The position numbers and the translations under genes are program-made. Of a stretch of DNA of 64,000 bases, positions 38,618 through 51,434 are shown one piece after another; position 1 is the stretch's first letter; each line of letters starts with the position of its first letter. This DNA is from Octopus sinensis (lineage: Eukaryota), in assembly GCF_006345805.1 (NCBI RefSeq), contig NC_043008.1, forward strand, positions 34,348,001 to 34,412,000, given 5' to 3'. The notes beneath the pieces were generated by a model, which was given only the letters and a program-made list of their open reading frames with translations, was not told the origin of the DNA and made no database searches.

Positions 38618-38651
<34 letters not shown>

Positions 38652-38732
38652 CACAGCAGTGTAAATGACTTCTACTACAGCCCCTGGTTGACCAATGGCT
38701 TGTGAGGGAATTCCTTAGTCAGAAACTAGAAG

Positions 38733-38770
<38 letters not shown>

Positions 38771-38815
38771 ATGCGTGCATGTGTGTGTGTGTGTGTGTGT
38801 GCGCGCGTGCGTGCA

Positions 38816-38850
<35 letters not shown>

Positions 38851-39678
38851 CAGAGATTATAATTTTGTGTGATACTGGGTTATGGTAACTAACAGTGAAG
38901 TCTGTTGCCAGGAAATGTCAACAGATCAACCACAAGCTCTGAACTTATAAATTCTTTTGGAATTTAGTAAAAAAAAACAAAACAAAAACAAAAGCATACC
39001 TCACTTGAAAAACAGATGAAGGTTACTGAGAGAAAGATCATCTAATATCAAAAACCATGCAATTGTGAAATTAACATGCAAGTGGCTGAGCACTCCACAG
39101 GCATGTGTACCCTTAACGTAGTTCTCAGGAAGATTCAGCATGACACAGAATGTGACAAGGCTGGCCTTTTGAGATACAGGCACTACCGGTTTTTTTTGGG
39201 GGTTTTTTTTTTGTCAGTTAGATATAGAGACAGACAATGTGAAATAAAGTACCCTGCTCAAAGACACAATGCACGACCAGGAACTGAACTCACGAACTTA
39301 CAACAGTAAAACAAATACCCAAACCACTAAGCCATGCACCTTCACTTCGGTTGCTATAATCAATATAACATCAAATTTCTATCATGCTGAGCAGAAGTGA
39401 ACTCATTCCACTCAGTTGTTGAATTAAAAAAGATAGGAGTGGCTTTGGTTGGACAGTAGCTATAGTAGAGGACACTTGCCCAAAGCGCTTTACGATGGAA
39501 CTGAACCCAAGACCATATTGATATATGTGGTAAGAAACTGGCTTCCCAACCACATGGTTCTGGGTTCAATCCCACTGTGTAGAACCTTGAATGAGGGTCT
39601 TCTACTATAATCTTGGGCCAACCAAAGCCTTGTGAGTGGATTTAGTGGACAGAAACTGAAAGAAGCTTGTTGTATATA

Positions 39679-39716
<38 letters not shown>

Positions 39717-40088
39717 ATGCGCGCGCGTGTGTGTATCTATATCTATGTGTGTCTTTGTATGCGTGTTTGTTCCCCCAACACCGCTTGACAACCAGTGTTG
39801 GTGTATTTATGTCCCGTAACTTAGCGGTTCAGCCAAAGAGACTGATAGAATAAGTACCAGGCTTAAAAATAAGTACTGGGGTTGATTCATTCGACTAAAA
39901 AATTCAAGGTGGTGCCCCAACATGGCTGCAGTCCAATGACTGAAACAAGTAAAAGATAAAAGTAAAAGATATAAAGTAAAGACCCCCCTTCGGTCATAAA
40001 TGACCAGGGTCTGCAACTACAAGTTCCACTCCAAGGCACAAGTCTGGGCATACACACACACACATCATCATCATCATCATCATCATCG

Positions 40089-40123
<35 letters not shown>

Positions 40124-40124
40124 G

Positions 40125-40457
40125 GTAAAGACCCCCTTCGGTCATGAATGACCATGGGATTGCACCTAGAAAGTTACCCTCCTAGACACAAGTCCGGGCA
40201 AGGTTGTTTATGGAAGACCAGCAGTCGCCATGCATACCAGCCTCCCCTCTCCACGCCACCAGTGTTATCCAAGGAAAGACAAAGGTCGATACAGCTTGGC
40301 ACCAGTGACATCGCAACTCATTTCTACAGTTGAGTGAACTGGAGCAACGTGAAATAAAGTGCCTTGCTCAAGAACACAACACGCAGCCCGGTCCGGGATT
40401 CGAGATCACAACCTCACGATCGTAAGCTCGACGCTCTAACCACTGAGCCATGCGCCT
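40125..40457 (-). mobile_element. tRNA-derived CORE-like SINE, head H2 + tail T2
   Basis: Head GGCGCATGGCTCAGTGGTTAGAGCG...TCGAATCCC then TTGAGCAAGGCACTTTATTTCAC. Second copy at ~37540-37803. Confidence 0.8.
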
Positions 40458-40464
40458 TCTATAT

Positions 40465-40523
<59 letters not shown>

Positions 40524-40810
40524 GGAAAGAGAGAGAGAGAGACACATACACACACACACATTCAGTCATAGGACTGCAGTCATGTTGGGACACTGCCTTG
40601 AAATGTTTAGTCAAACAAAACTGACCCCAAAACTTATCTTTTTTACACCTGATATTTATTCTATCAGTCTCTTTTCCCAAACTACTCAGTGACAGGCTTC
40701 TTTCAGTTTCCTTCAACCAAATACTTTCACGAGGCTTTGGTTGGACAGAGGCTACAATAGGGGACACTTGCCCAAAGCACTGTAAGGTGGAACTGAACCC
40801 AAGACCATAT

Positions 40811-40852
<42 letters not shown>

Positions 40853-43502
40853 TATATATACACATATAACATGCATTATTTATGTTTAGGATTGATGGAA
40901 AGATAGATGGATGGATAAATTGGCAGACCGCTCAGTTGACAGACAGAGAAAGAAATAGACAGTTAGATATAGAGACAGACATAGATAAACGGATAGATAG
41001 GATAGACAGAGTGCTAGAGAAAGAGCTCATGGTTGAAGCAGTGTCACTGAATAGTTAACTAAGACAAAGAGGTGTCTAACTACAGAGATCCATTTATATA
41101 CATTACGCAAAATAGAGATGCATACGCCCACTTTTTATGTGTGTGTGTGACACCCACCCACTGATAGACTACCACACCTCTTTCTTTCTCTCTTTCCCTG
41201 TCATTTTAATTCTGTCACTCTCACTTGTAATTTGTGGTTACGTTGCCTCCTAGTGCGTCACAGAAAAATATATAAATACATGCCGGAAATTATTATAAGT
41301 GATATATGTAAATGGCTTCACCATCATCAGTATTTAATGTCTGCTTCTCCATGAACAGTTCTTGTGAGACAGAATTTTACAATCAGATGCTTGCCGTGCC
41401 ACCAATCCTTTCGGTCTATCATTATGACACAAACAGACATCTTCATTGTCGTCATCATCATCATCATCACCATCATCATTTACTGCCCACTTGCATGGGT
41501 CAAATGGAACTTGAGACAGTTTTTCTATGGCTGGATGTTCTTCCTGTCACCAACTAATCTCTTTCCAAGCAGTGGACTCACAGTCGAGGGATTGTGGGTT
41601 TGAATCTCAGACTGGGCGATGTGTGTGTTTATAAGCGAAACACCTAAGCTCCACGCGGGTCCAGCAAAAGGTAATGGCGAACTTCTGCTGACTCTTTTGC
41701 CACAACTTTCTCTCACTCTTCCTTCACATGCGACGGACCAGCGTCCCATCCAGATGGGGAACCTATATGCCAAGGAAACCAGGAAACCGGCCCTATGAGC
41801 CAGACATGGCTCGAGAAGGAACAAACATATATATAATCTTAAAGCTTATAAGTGATCATCATGCATTGACTAAGGTAAATAGTCTAATAATGGGGCATAT
41901 AAGCCCTTGATGGAAAAAAGTAAGGTTGTCCGTACGTATGGGACTCAAACCCACACCTCTATGTTTTTGCAACAAGTGTGCTACCATTACATATATATAT
42001 ATAAACACACATGCAATGGACTTCTTCTCAGTTTCTGCCTTCCAAATCTGCTCACAAAGCTTTGGTAGGCCAGAAGCTATAGCAGAAGACACTTGTAGCA
42101 GGTGCTGTGCAGTGAGACTGATCCCAGGACCACATGATTTGGAAGCAAGCTTCTCAACCACACAACCACAGCTGGTGTACCTATTCTAAAACTGAGATAC
42201 ACAATAAATATATACAAAAAACAGAAATCTTCATTTATGTAGTAATCCATTAGATATTCTTGATTGGAAACTCTAAACTTTTGACACTAATCCATAGAGA
42301 CTGATTGCTTTAAAATAAATTAAACTTTCCACCACAATTTTATGTTCTAAACACCAGATTAATAATGAAAAACTCATTTATTCTACTAAATGACTTCGGA
42401 TTCTCGATTATTTTCATAATTAGTCGTAGTGGTTATCGGAAGAGGAAAAGGTTAATTGAAACCATGAACTATATTGAAATAGAGAAAGAGCAAAGTGGGA
42501 AATAAAGGTGCTCAAAGATAAACAGAGGAGATGCAGAAAACTTAGGGAAAAGGTTAGAAAGGGATAAGATGTGGAAATTCAACAAGAGTTTACACATTTG
42601 GAGGAAGAAAAGTATTGCTACTAAACAGTGGACAACTTGCCAATCATGAAGTATACAGTATACAGAATCTTGAATTATGAAACTTTATTTAAAACACATT
42701 AACATGTAATCAGGAAGAGATTATGTTGTATTTGTTAAGCCTTTGGTATGCTCTGAACAAGCTGATATATGCAAAAAATATCCCAATTATGACCAGTCAA
42801 GGTAGTGCTACAGCATGGCCGCAGTCTGATGACTGGAACAAGTAAAAGATGGAAAAATAAAATATCCTTTCCCCACTTGCAGGGAACCCAGAACCACAAT
42901 GTGTACTTTTCTATGAGTGTGATTTGAGAGAGTTTTGGTTGCCATTTTTAGCAGGTTGGGCAACCACATGGATGTTTCCTCCTTAACTCAAAGAAATTAT
43001 GTGAAATAATAGAACAATACAGTGGGTTGAAAGGCACTACACACACAGGGCTTCTGCATAGTTTCCTTCAACTACATTTCATTCACAAGGTAAGTGGTCA
43101 ACCCAAAGCAAAGGTAGAAGCCACCTTTCTATAGTGCTAATCAGAGAGAGCCAACCTGAAACTACATGGTGCAAAGTGAACTCCTTTACTACACTGCCAT
43201 GAGTGTTTATTATTGCATTTTTAAAAGCACCTGTGCCAGATACATATAAAAGCACCCAGTACACTCTGTAAAGTGGTTGACATTAAGGAGGCCATCCAGC
43301 TGTAGAAACCATGCCAGATCAGACAAATGGAGCCTGAGCAGCTCTCCAGCTGACCAACTCCTGTTAAACCATCCAACCCACACCAGCCTGGAGAACGGAT
43401 GTTAAATGATGATGATGATGATTGATACTAATTATCCCCTATCTTTTTAGAAATGCTGGATCTTGAAACATGTATAAAGCTATATATAACTGCTTGTAAA
43501 TA

Positions 43503-43897
43503 TTCATTTTTTTATTGCCCACAGGGGGCTAAACATAGAGGGAACAAACATGGGCAGACAAAGGGATTAAGTCAATTACATAGACCCAGTGCATAACTGG
43601 TACTTATTTAATCGACCCCGAAAGGATGAAAGGCAAAGTCGACCTCAGCGGAATTTAAACTCAGAACGTAATGGCAGACAAAATACCTATTTCTTTACTA
43701 CCCACAAGGGGCTAAACACAGAGAGGACAAACAAGGACAGACAAATGGATTAAGTCGATTATATCAACCCCAGTGCGTAACTGGTACTTATTTAAGCGAC
43801 CCTGAAAGGATGAAAGGTAGTCAACCTTGGCGGAATTTGAACTCAGAACGTAGCGGCACACAAAATACTGCTAAGCATTTTGCCTGGTGTGCTAACA
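43503..43897 (-). mobile_element. Dimeric/tandem SINE family B
   Basis: Two head-to-tail units joined at ~43688; the low-coordinate unit lacks the 5' head. Confidence 0.8.
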
Positions 43898-44357
43898 AAA
43901 CCCTTTGGATAGCAAATAAAAAAACTGGAAGCTAGCCATGGGACTCAAAGCCACACATCCTACAGACATAACTTTTCCTATCCAAAAGATTTTTTTTAAC
44001 CTAGTATTTAGCTATTTAGAATTTTATCAATATTAGCTTTATCATCTGCTTTGAGATCCAGTGTTCCCAAAACAATTACTTTCACATTCTATTGAAGTTT
44101 AGAAATTCTTATGATGTCAACAACATACAATTCTTGCTGATAAGAATAAGTCCTGGGGTTGATTTGTTTGACTAAAACCCTGCAAGGCAGTGCTCCAGCA
44201 GTGCCACAGTCAAATGACTGAAAGAATAAAAGAATATTGATTGGGCAGCTGTAAACACATCTTGAACATCATTCAATTTTTTTTTATATATATAAATATA
44301 TCTATATACTGCTAAAATTCTCTTATTGCTTGCTTGTCTATCATTTAATACAGCATG

Positions 44358-44612
44358 CTAAGAGTTGCTGAAGTATGAAGCAAACTGCCGGCATCAGTTG
44401 TTAGTTGTCGGAGCACTGCATCCTTCAAAACTTCTATGCTTCCTGAGATCCACCAACACAACACTTGATTTTCTCCCTTCCATACATATGCAAGCATGTA
44501 TCTGACTCACACACTGTTCACTTTCCAGACATTTGTACATTACTTTATATGCACTTTTCACAAGTTGTGGTGCACCTGAGCACTGTATGCAATAATTTCA
44601 TTATTATATTAT
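44358..44612 (+). mobile_element. CR1/L2-like LINE 3' end
   Basis: RVAEV*SKLPASVVSCRSTASFK (decayed WN.LP..VV...FK motif), then UTR ending AATAATTTCATTATTAT. Confidence 0.6.
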
Positions 44613-44801
44613 CATAATAGGAAAATACTCTGAGAGTAAAGACCACTGAAATGTGAATACAAACAAAATAAAACAAGTTTTGTGTAAGTCGGACCACATA
44701 TTCCTGAGATACACGTTTTTTTGGCGGGGTTTGTTCCCACAAATTTAAGCAGTAAAACCTGGAGTTATTGACCCTTACTTTGAACACTGGATAGTTTTGT
44801 T

Positions 44802-45515
44802 GGCATAACTACAGATGTGTACCCCACCGACTTTGTTGCCTCATAACTTCCAGTAAAACAGATACTTTTTGACAAAATTTTCAACAAATAGCGCTCAAAT
44901 ACTGTGGATGTACTGGGTATATAGGGATTTATGAGAAAGAATTTTCCTGAAGGGGTGGGGAGAGGAGTATTGGAAAATTCACACAATCTGACTTTTTTCT
45001 CTCATAACTTTCAGGAAAATGGATTTCTTTCAGTGAAATTTTATGCAAATACCTTTCAATCAGCATAGATTACGATTATAAAGATGTTCCCTGTCCACAT
45101 TATTTTGAAGGTTGTAGTTTAAAAAAAAGGGAAAAATCCCCATCAAAACAGAGTAGTTCCAACTTATTTGGTCTTCCTGATCCAAAACTCTGGATTTCAA
45201 AACCCTCTCAGAAAAAATTTTCCCCACAAATCTCTTTACCATCATAATCTATGCTGTTTGAAAGGTATTTGTATAAAATTTCATTAAAAGATATCCATTT
45301 TCCTGAAAGTTATGAAGGGAAATTAGTTGGATCATGTGAATTTTCCAAAACTCCTCTCCCTACCCCGTCAATAAAATTCTTTCTCGTAAATCCCTACATA
45401 CTCTGAATCCATAGTACCTGAGTAGTATTTGTTGAAAATTTCGTGAAAAAGTATCAATTTTTCTGGAAGTTATGAAGCAACAGAGTTGGTGGGAGTACAC
45501 ATCTGTAGTTATGCC
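44802..45515. mobile_element. Mutator (MULE)-type fold-back MITE
   Basis: ~280-bp inverted arms starting GGCATAACTACAGATGTGTAC; 9-bp TSD AGTTTTGTT (44793-44801) / AGTTTTGCT (45516-45524). Confidence 0.8.
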
Positions 45516-47884
45516 AGTTTTGCTTGCATGGTTGCATGCATGCTTGTCTGTAATTCAATACATCCAAACCAGCATATGATTGGGAAAATACTCTGAAAGT
45601 AAAGTACCTCTGAAATGTGAATACGAATGGAATAAAACAAGTTTCGCGTAAATCAGACCACAGATTCCCAAGATATGCAGGTTTTTTTTTTTTTTTTGAT
45701 ACCTTCATAAATAGCCAAAACAGTACATAATAGGAAAATACTCTGAAAGTAACATAATGCTGAAATTAATTTTATGTATACATTATATAACAATTCCTTG
45801 TAGTCTAGTGTATATATAAAAGGAGGTCAACACTGAGGAGTTTACAGTAAAATAACTTCTCTCAAATACTTACAATGGATATTTTGTTATTATTAGAACA
45901 GGTAAACATTTTTTGCAAGTTTTTCAGTTTGTCCTACACCTTGAAATAATAGATACTTTATTTCTAGTGTAACAACTGTAAAGATCAAGAAATCATTTCT
46001 GCCTTACATTTGTTGTTGACCTAGAGAAATGTCTTAAAGGAATCTCTCATTTTGAATAGCTTTGTGGAGGCAGTTATTGCTGTGTGGTTCAAAAGTTCAC
46101 TTCATAACTAGGTGATTTGAGTTCCATCCCAAAGCATGGGATCATGAGCAAGCTTTTTCAACAAAGGATACCCATCCTTCAATGACTAACGATAAAAAAT
46201 TAGAAGAGAACAAGTGTGGCAATATCCCACATCTTCTCTTCAAGATGTGAGAGACTAAAATTAGAGTAAAGAAGAACATATTTAATATGAATTGTTGCTG
46301 CTACTATAGCTGTGTAATCCCAGGTTAGCTTTGATCAAGCAGACTTATAACCAAAGCATACAACTATGACCATCCCAGCTCGTTTTCATATAATATGTCC
46401 GTCCAGAACCACATTATCTAAATATGTCCTTGCCTCTCTTTAAAGCTTGTAAGGTGTGATTCGAGAGAAATTTGACTGCTATTTCTCTAAGCTAGTCAAG
46501 TCACCTCATCAAACCTCCATTTTTGGTTTATCTTTCTTCAAGAGAATTTTGAAAGCACAGATATATCAAGCTATACAGGTGTATCACAAGAATTTTAAAA
46601 GTACAGGTATATATTTGAAAGTGTACCACATTCTAATCTTCAAAGTTATAATCCTAATTCTTGAACTCTTTAGAATATGTGTTTGGCATCAAGATTAGAA
46701 TTTTATTGAAGAATTTTTTTGTTTTTAGATGTAATAGTTCTCATTGCAGAATCAGTCCATGAACAGCGAAAGAACTTGTAAGAACTTGATGGAATGTTTA
46801 AAGCTTAAGTAAAACCACAACTAAAGTAATTTGCTAGTAGAGGAGCTCATCAAAAACAGGCAAGGGTATAGCCATCAAAAACATCAAGGGTATAGCCACA
46901 TATGGGGAAACAAGGAGTAAACAAAAATGTTTTGGTTACTAAAAATTGTGATAGACCTAATCAGCCACCTAGTTTAACGCCCTCCACATGACTCTGGGAG
47001 CAGTTTAGTGGAGGTTCCACTAGTGTAAGCATTCACACCAGATTGCTAGTTATGTTTTTCTCCTCTATTTCTCCCCCACCAGTATCAGAAGCCCTGTGAA
47101 AAAGGTTATGTGTAGTGTCCTTTTTCTTTTGACTAAGCCTTAAAAAAATAAAATCCAGAGAATACGCAGAAAATTCTCAGCTGAACTTTTACACTTATTC
47201 GTTTCAGTCACTGGACTGTGGCTTTCCTGGAGCACTGCCTTGAAGGGTTTAGTCGAACAAATTAACCCCAGGAGTCTTTTTTTAAAGATTGGTACTTATT
47301 CTGTTGGTCTCTTTCATTGAATTGCTAAGTTACAGGAACATAAACAAATTACCACACAAATTGTCAAGTGGTGATAGGGACAAATACAAAAGTAAACACA
47401 TACACACATGATGGGCTTCTTTCAGTTTCCAAATCCACTTACAAGGTTTCAGTTGGCTTGAAGCTGAACCTGAAACCATGTGGTTGGAAAGCAAACTTCT
47501 TACTACAGTCATATTAGTTTAGAAGTAAGCTTCAATTCTGAATGGCCCTATTTGAGATGAACTTCAAAACCAGACACAATCATAAGTCCAGTAATATAAG
47601 CATGATAATGCTTCAGTTTGATCTGGTATAACACTATAAACAACTGGTTGCATTGGGATGTAACATAACAGACTGGGCACTCTACATCTGGATTGTCACA
47701 TTGTCTATTTTGTTTAGGGTGTTGTTTTGTAGTCTCAAAGTTAGCCTTGTTTATGATCATCCAGTTTTATTTTATTCTGAAGCAGTGCACTTTGGACTAC
47801 AGTATTCATTGCCTTTATTTTTGTTTTGAGATGATTGGTTGCTGTTTCAAGCAGGTCAAGTAACCTCATAGAGGCTCCCTTACC

Positions 47885-48155
47885 TAATTTACTTGGCTTA
47901 TAATTCAACAGACTTGTCCCAAAAATGATCAAAGAGGAAAAGGATCCCATCACTTTTAAACAGAGTTTGGATAGTTTTCTTCAAGGAATACCAGATAAGC
48001 CACCCATATCTGGATACAACTGACACAACAAGAACTCACTACCTGAATGAATCATAAACAAAACTTGACTTAAAAAGGATTTAGATAATCCTATCAGGTG
48101 GTGCTATTAAGTTAGACATGGCCTGGACCAATCTTTGGTCGAAACATATCTAAGT
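47885..48155 (+). mobile_element. CR1-like LINE 3' end
   Basis: FKQSLDSFLQGIPDKPPISGY...NSL then UTR GGTGGTGCT...CATGGCCTGGACCAATCTTTGGTCGAAAC. Confidence 0.65.
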
Positions 48156-51100
48156 TTATGAATTAGTGCAGATTACAACTATCAGATACCCCAAGGTTTA
48201 GAGAACTAAAGCAAAGACACTCTCACTCAATCCTAAAAGACTGAGATCCTACATAGTCACTCAACTTGCCAAAGAGAGCAACTCAATCTCCCCTCAATAA
48301 TAAGCGAACATCTTAGAAAGGAAATATACACAAAATAACAAGATCCTTGTATTGTGCCCAGGAAAATGACAATGTTTCACAGAACACAAGCATGGCCTCA
48401 GTCCAATGAATGAAACAAGTAAACAATAATAATCTGGAATGTCTTCCATCATAGGTCTGCTGAAGCAGAACTGACCTGGAGTTGAACTACAACAGTTTTT
48501 CTGTTTCTTTACCAGAATATAAAGAAGGCACTGTACGTGAGAAATGTTTCTCAATTAAATGGTGTTAATGGACTAATAATGCAACAACATGTTTTCACTC
48601 TATATAAAAACACAGACTAAATTGTGTGTTTGTCAAAATTACAGTATTATATAGGTGTGATACTCATGCATTAAAATCAGAGAAACACAACATATAATCT
48701 TTACATTATTATCATCACTACTATTGACATCACAACATCAGCATTTACTGATGCTCAATTAGTACTACATATTCCTTGGCTGTTTAACCCTTTCATGGTC
48801 ATATTTCTAATGAAATATACTGCCTGTGTGTTTCAATTAATTTCAAATATGTTCAACAGTTTGGTTGTTTTTTTCGTACAAATAACTTTTACATTTATTT
48901 TCATATCAAGCTGGTTCTTTGGAACATAACAAATGGTTGTTATGCAAAATTATTGGATATGGTTTTAATTTCAGCATGAGGTTTTTAAAACAGGCACTTT
49001 TCTATACAAAGAACTAGAGGTGGTCTCACGCGGGTTGGTATTGAAAGAGTTCTAAACAGAATTCACTGTGACATAAATGAAATGGCCAAGCCTATCAAAG
49101 ATAACATTCTTCTAATTATGTTCTTGGTTATCTCACACACAGAGAAAACATGTAAACAGCCATTCATCAAATATTTCATTAATAGGTATGCATTTCAAAG
49201 CTTAAAGCTGAGCACAAAGCTGTCAATGTCTGAAAATATGTCTCTTTGTGGTACTGCATTTAATTTCTAATTGTAACCTTCAAAACTAGAACACTAGAAA
49301 CAATTCTTTCGACTGCAGACATAAGGCCTAAAATTTTAAGGGAAGCAGTAGTCAATTACATCAATCCCAGTGCACAACAGTACTTTTATTGATTCTGAAA
49401 GGATGAAAGGCAAAGTCGACCTTGGAGGAATTTGAACACAGCTGGAGGAAATGCTATTAAGCATTTTGTTTGACATGTTAATGATTCTGTCAGATCACTG
49501 CCTTGAGAACACCAGAAATAATAAAAATAAACCTAATATTGCACTCTTCTGGTAAACGTTTCTCCTTACTTAAAAACAATATATATTATGAGCCAATGAG
49601 TCTATACATGATTATTCGACCTTCTCGTAACAGCAACTAAACCTCCTTCAGATCATACCTTACCATCTTAAAAAAGGAAGGACACATTGTATAACATATT
49701 CCTGAACACAGAAAACTATGGTATGTATCAATCATAAGTAAGCTTGATCAGAGTTGATCCGGAGTTAAACAACAACAGTATGTGCTATAGTAATTTTATT
49801 AAATCTAAAATAGCATCATACTCACAAGACTTCATTAATTCTGTTCAATATCTCATATTAACCTAAGGTGGTAAACTGGCAGAACAGTTAGCATGTTGGT
49901 CAAAACGCTTTGTCCATCTTTACATACGAGTTCAAATTCTACTGAGGTCAACTTTGCCTTTTGTCCTTTCGGGGCTGATAAAATAAGTACCAGTTGAGCA
50001 CTGGCATTGATGTAATCAGCTTACCCACTCCCCCAAAATTGCTGACCTTGTGCCAAGATTTGAAATCAATATCTTATATTATCCTAGATGGCAAGCTATC
50101 AGAACTGTTAGCATGCCAGGTAAAATGCTTAGTGGCATTTTGTCTATCTTTACATTCTGAGTTCAAATTGCCTTTCATCCTTCGGGATTGATAAAATAAG
50201 TACTAGTTGTGCACTGGGGTCGATGTAATTGACATACCTCTTCTCCTAAAATAGCTGGTGTTGTACTAAAATTTGAAATCAATGTCATATTAACCTAGAA
50301 CCTTCATAATCTCCATTCCTGGGAAGGTTCTATAGATATAACAGTATTAGTTCATATTCAATCATTAGAGTTGTACCATGTCCCCAGAAAAGTTACTTAA
50401 TTTTCACTAGCTCTGTCCATCGGTGTCATAGAGATTCAGCTTGTATTTACAACTGAAATCACTAAAAACAATATAAAACTGAGGTTTTTGTCATTGTTTT
50501 TTCTTAATTGGTTTGCTACAGGACAAAAAATGTGTTTGCAACCCCTCTGAGATCAGACAGCTCATAATGCAGAGCTAAAAAATCATCTCACTGGCTATTT
50601 TTAATGAAATGATTACTTTTAGTGGAATTACTATTATATAAGACACACAAAATACAATTTATCTCAGAGCACCAGGAGCAATCACAAGTAATCAATAACT
50701 ATCTATTCTTGAAATAATCAGTTATTATTATTATTACTGGCAATAAATTGACAAACTATTTGTTCAAATTCCACTAAGATCAGTATATGCCTTGTGGCTG
50801 ACATTATCAACTAATCCACTTCCCTCAAAACTACAAAATATGCACCTAAATTATTATTAAAATTATTATCAGTTTTCGTCTACCAAATCCATTCACAAGG
50901 CTTTGGTCAGCCCAGGACTATAGAAGACATTTATCCAAGGTGTCACAGTGTGGGACAGAATCCAGGACTACATGGATGGAAAGCAAGCTTCTTACTCATA
51001 AAGCCATGCCAGGGATTGCAATTGCTTCCATGCAATAATATTATTCATATGTAAAGAATAAGAGCTTGTACAAGAATTTAATTTTGCCAATTTCTTCCTA

Positions 51101-51244
51101 TAACAGCAGAGTTTTTGAAGTGTCAAGAAATATTTTAAGAATAGGTATTTTGGAGCTAAGGTCATCATGTTTATCATAACAATTAATAATTTATAAAAAA
51201 GAAGTGCAATATATTTCCTGCTCCAGAAAATAACTTATAATGTG

Positions 51245-51434
51245 CAGGTGGCACGTAAAAAGCACCCACTACACTCGCGGAGTGGTTGGCGTTAGGAAGG
51301 GCATCCAGCTGTAGAAACTCTGCCAGATCAGACTGGAGCCTGGTGCCGCCTCCTGGCTTCCCAGACCCCAGTCGAACTGTCCAACCCGTGCTAGCATGGA
51401 AAGCGGATGCTAAACGATGATGATGATGATGATG
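51245..51434 (+). mobile_element. SINE/LINE-tail family C ending in (ATG)n
   Basis: AAAAGCACCCA...GTTGGCGTTAGGAAGGGCATCCAGCTGTAGAAAC...GCATGGAAAGCGGA. Copies at ~1-207, 6225-6365, 28200-28373, 32570-33000, 43225-43420, 55495-56060, 62385-62487. Confidence 0.85.

Larger units (their letters stand above)
37841..38618. mobile_element. (TA)n-embedded fold-back element, probable Penelope-like pseudo-LTR/retrozyme derivative
   Basis: Inverted arms ~37977-38212 and ~38237-38455, (TA)n on both sides, three hammerhead motifs, no coding remnant recognised. Confidence 0.7.

Noticed and set aside
40380-40457. tRNA gene
   Set aside because: tRNA-like SINE head running directly into the SINE body; no complete cloverleaf or terminator.
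48128-48146. Hairpin + GAAAC in LINE/SINE tails as a hammerhead
   Set aside because: No upstream CUGANGA core and no NUH site.
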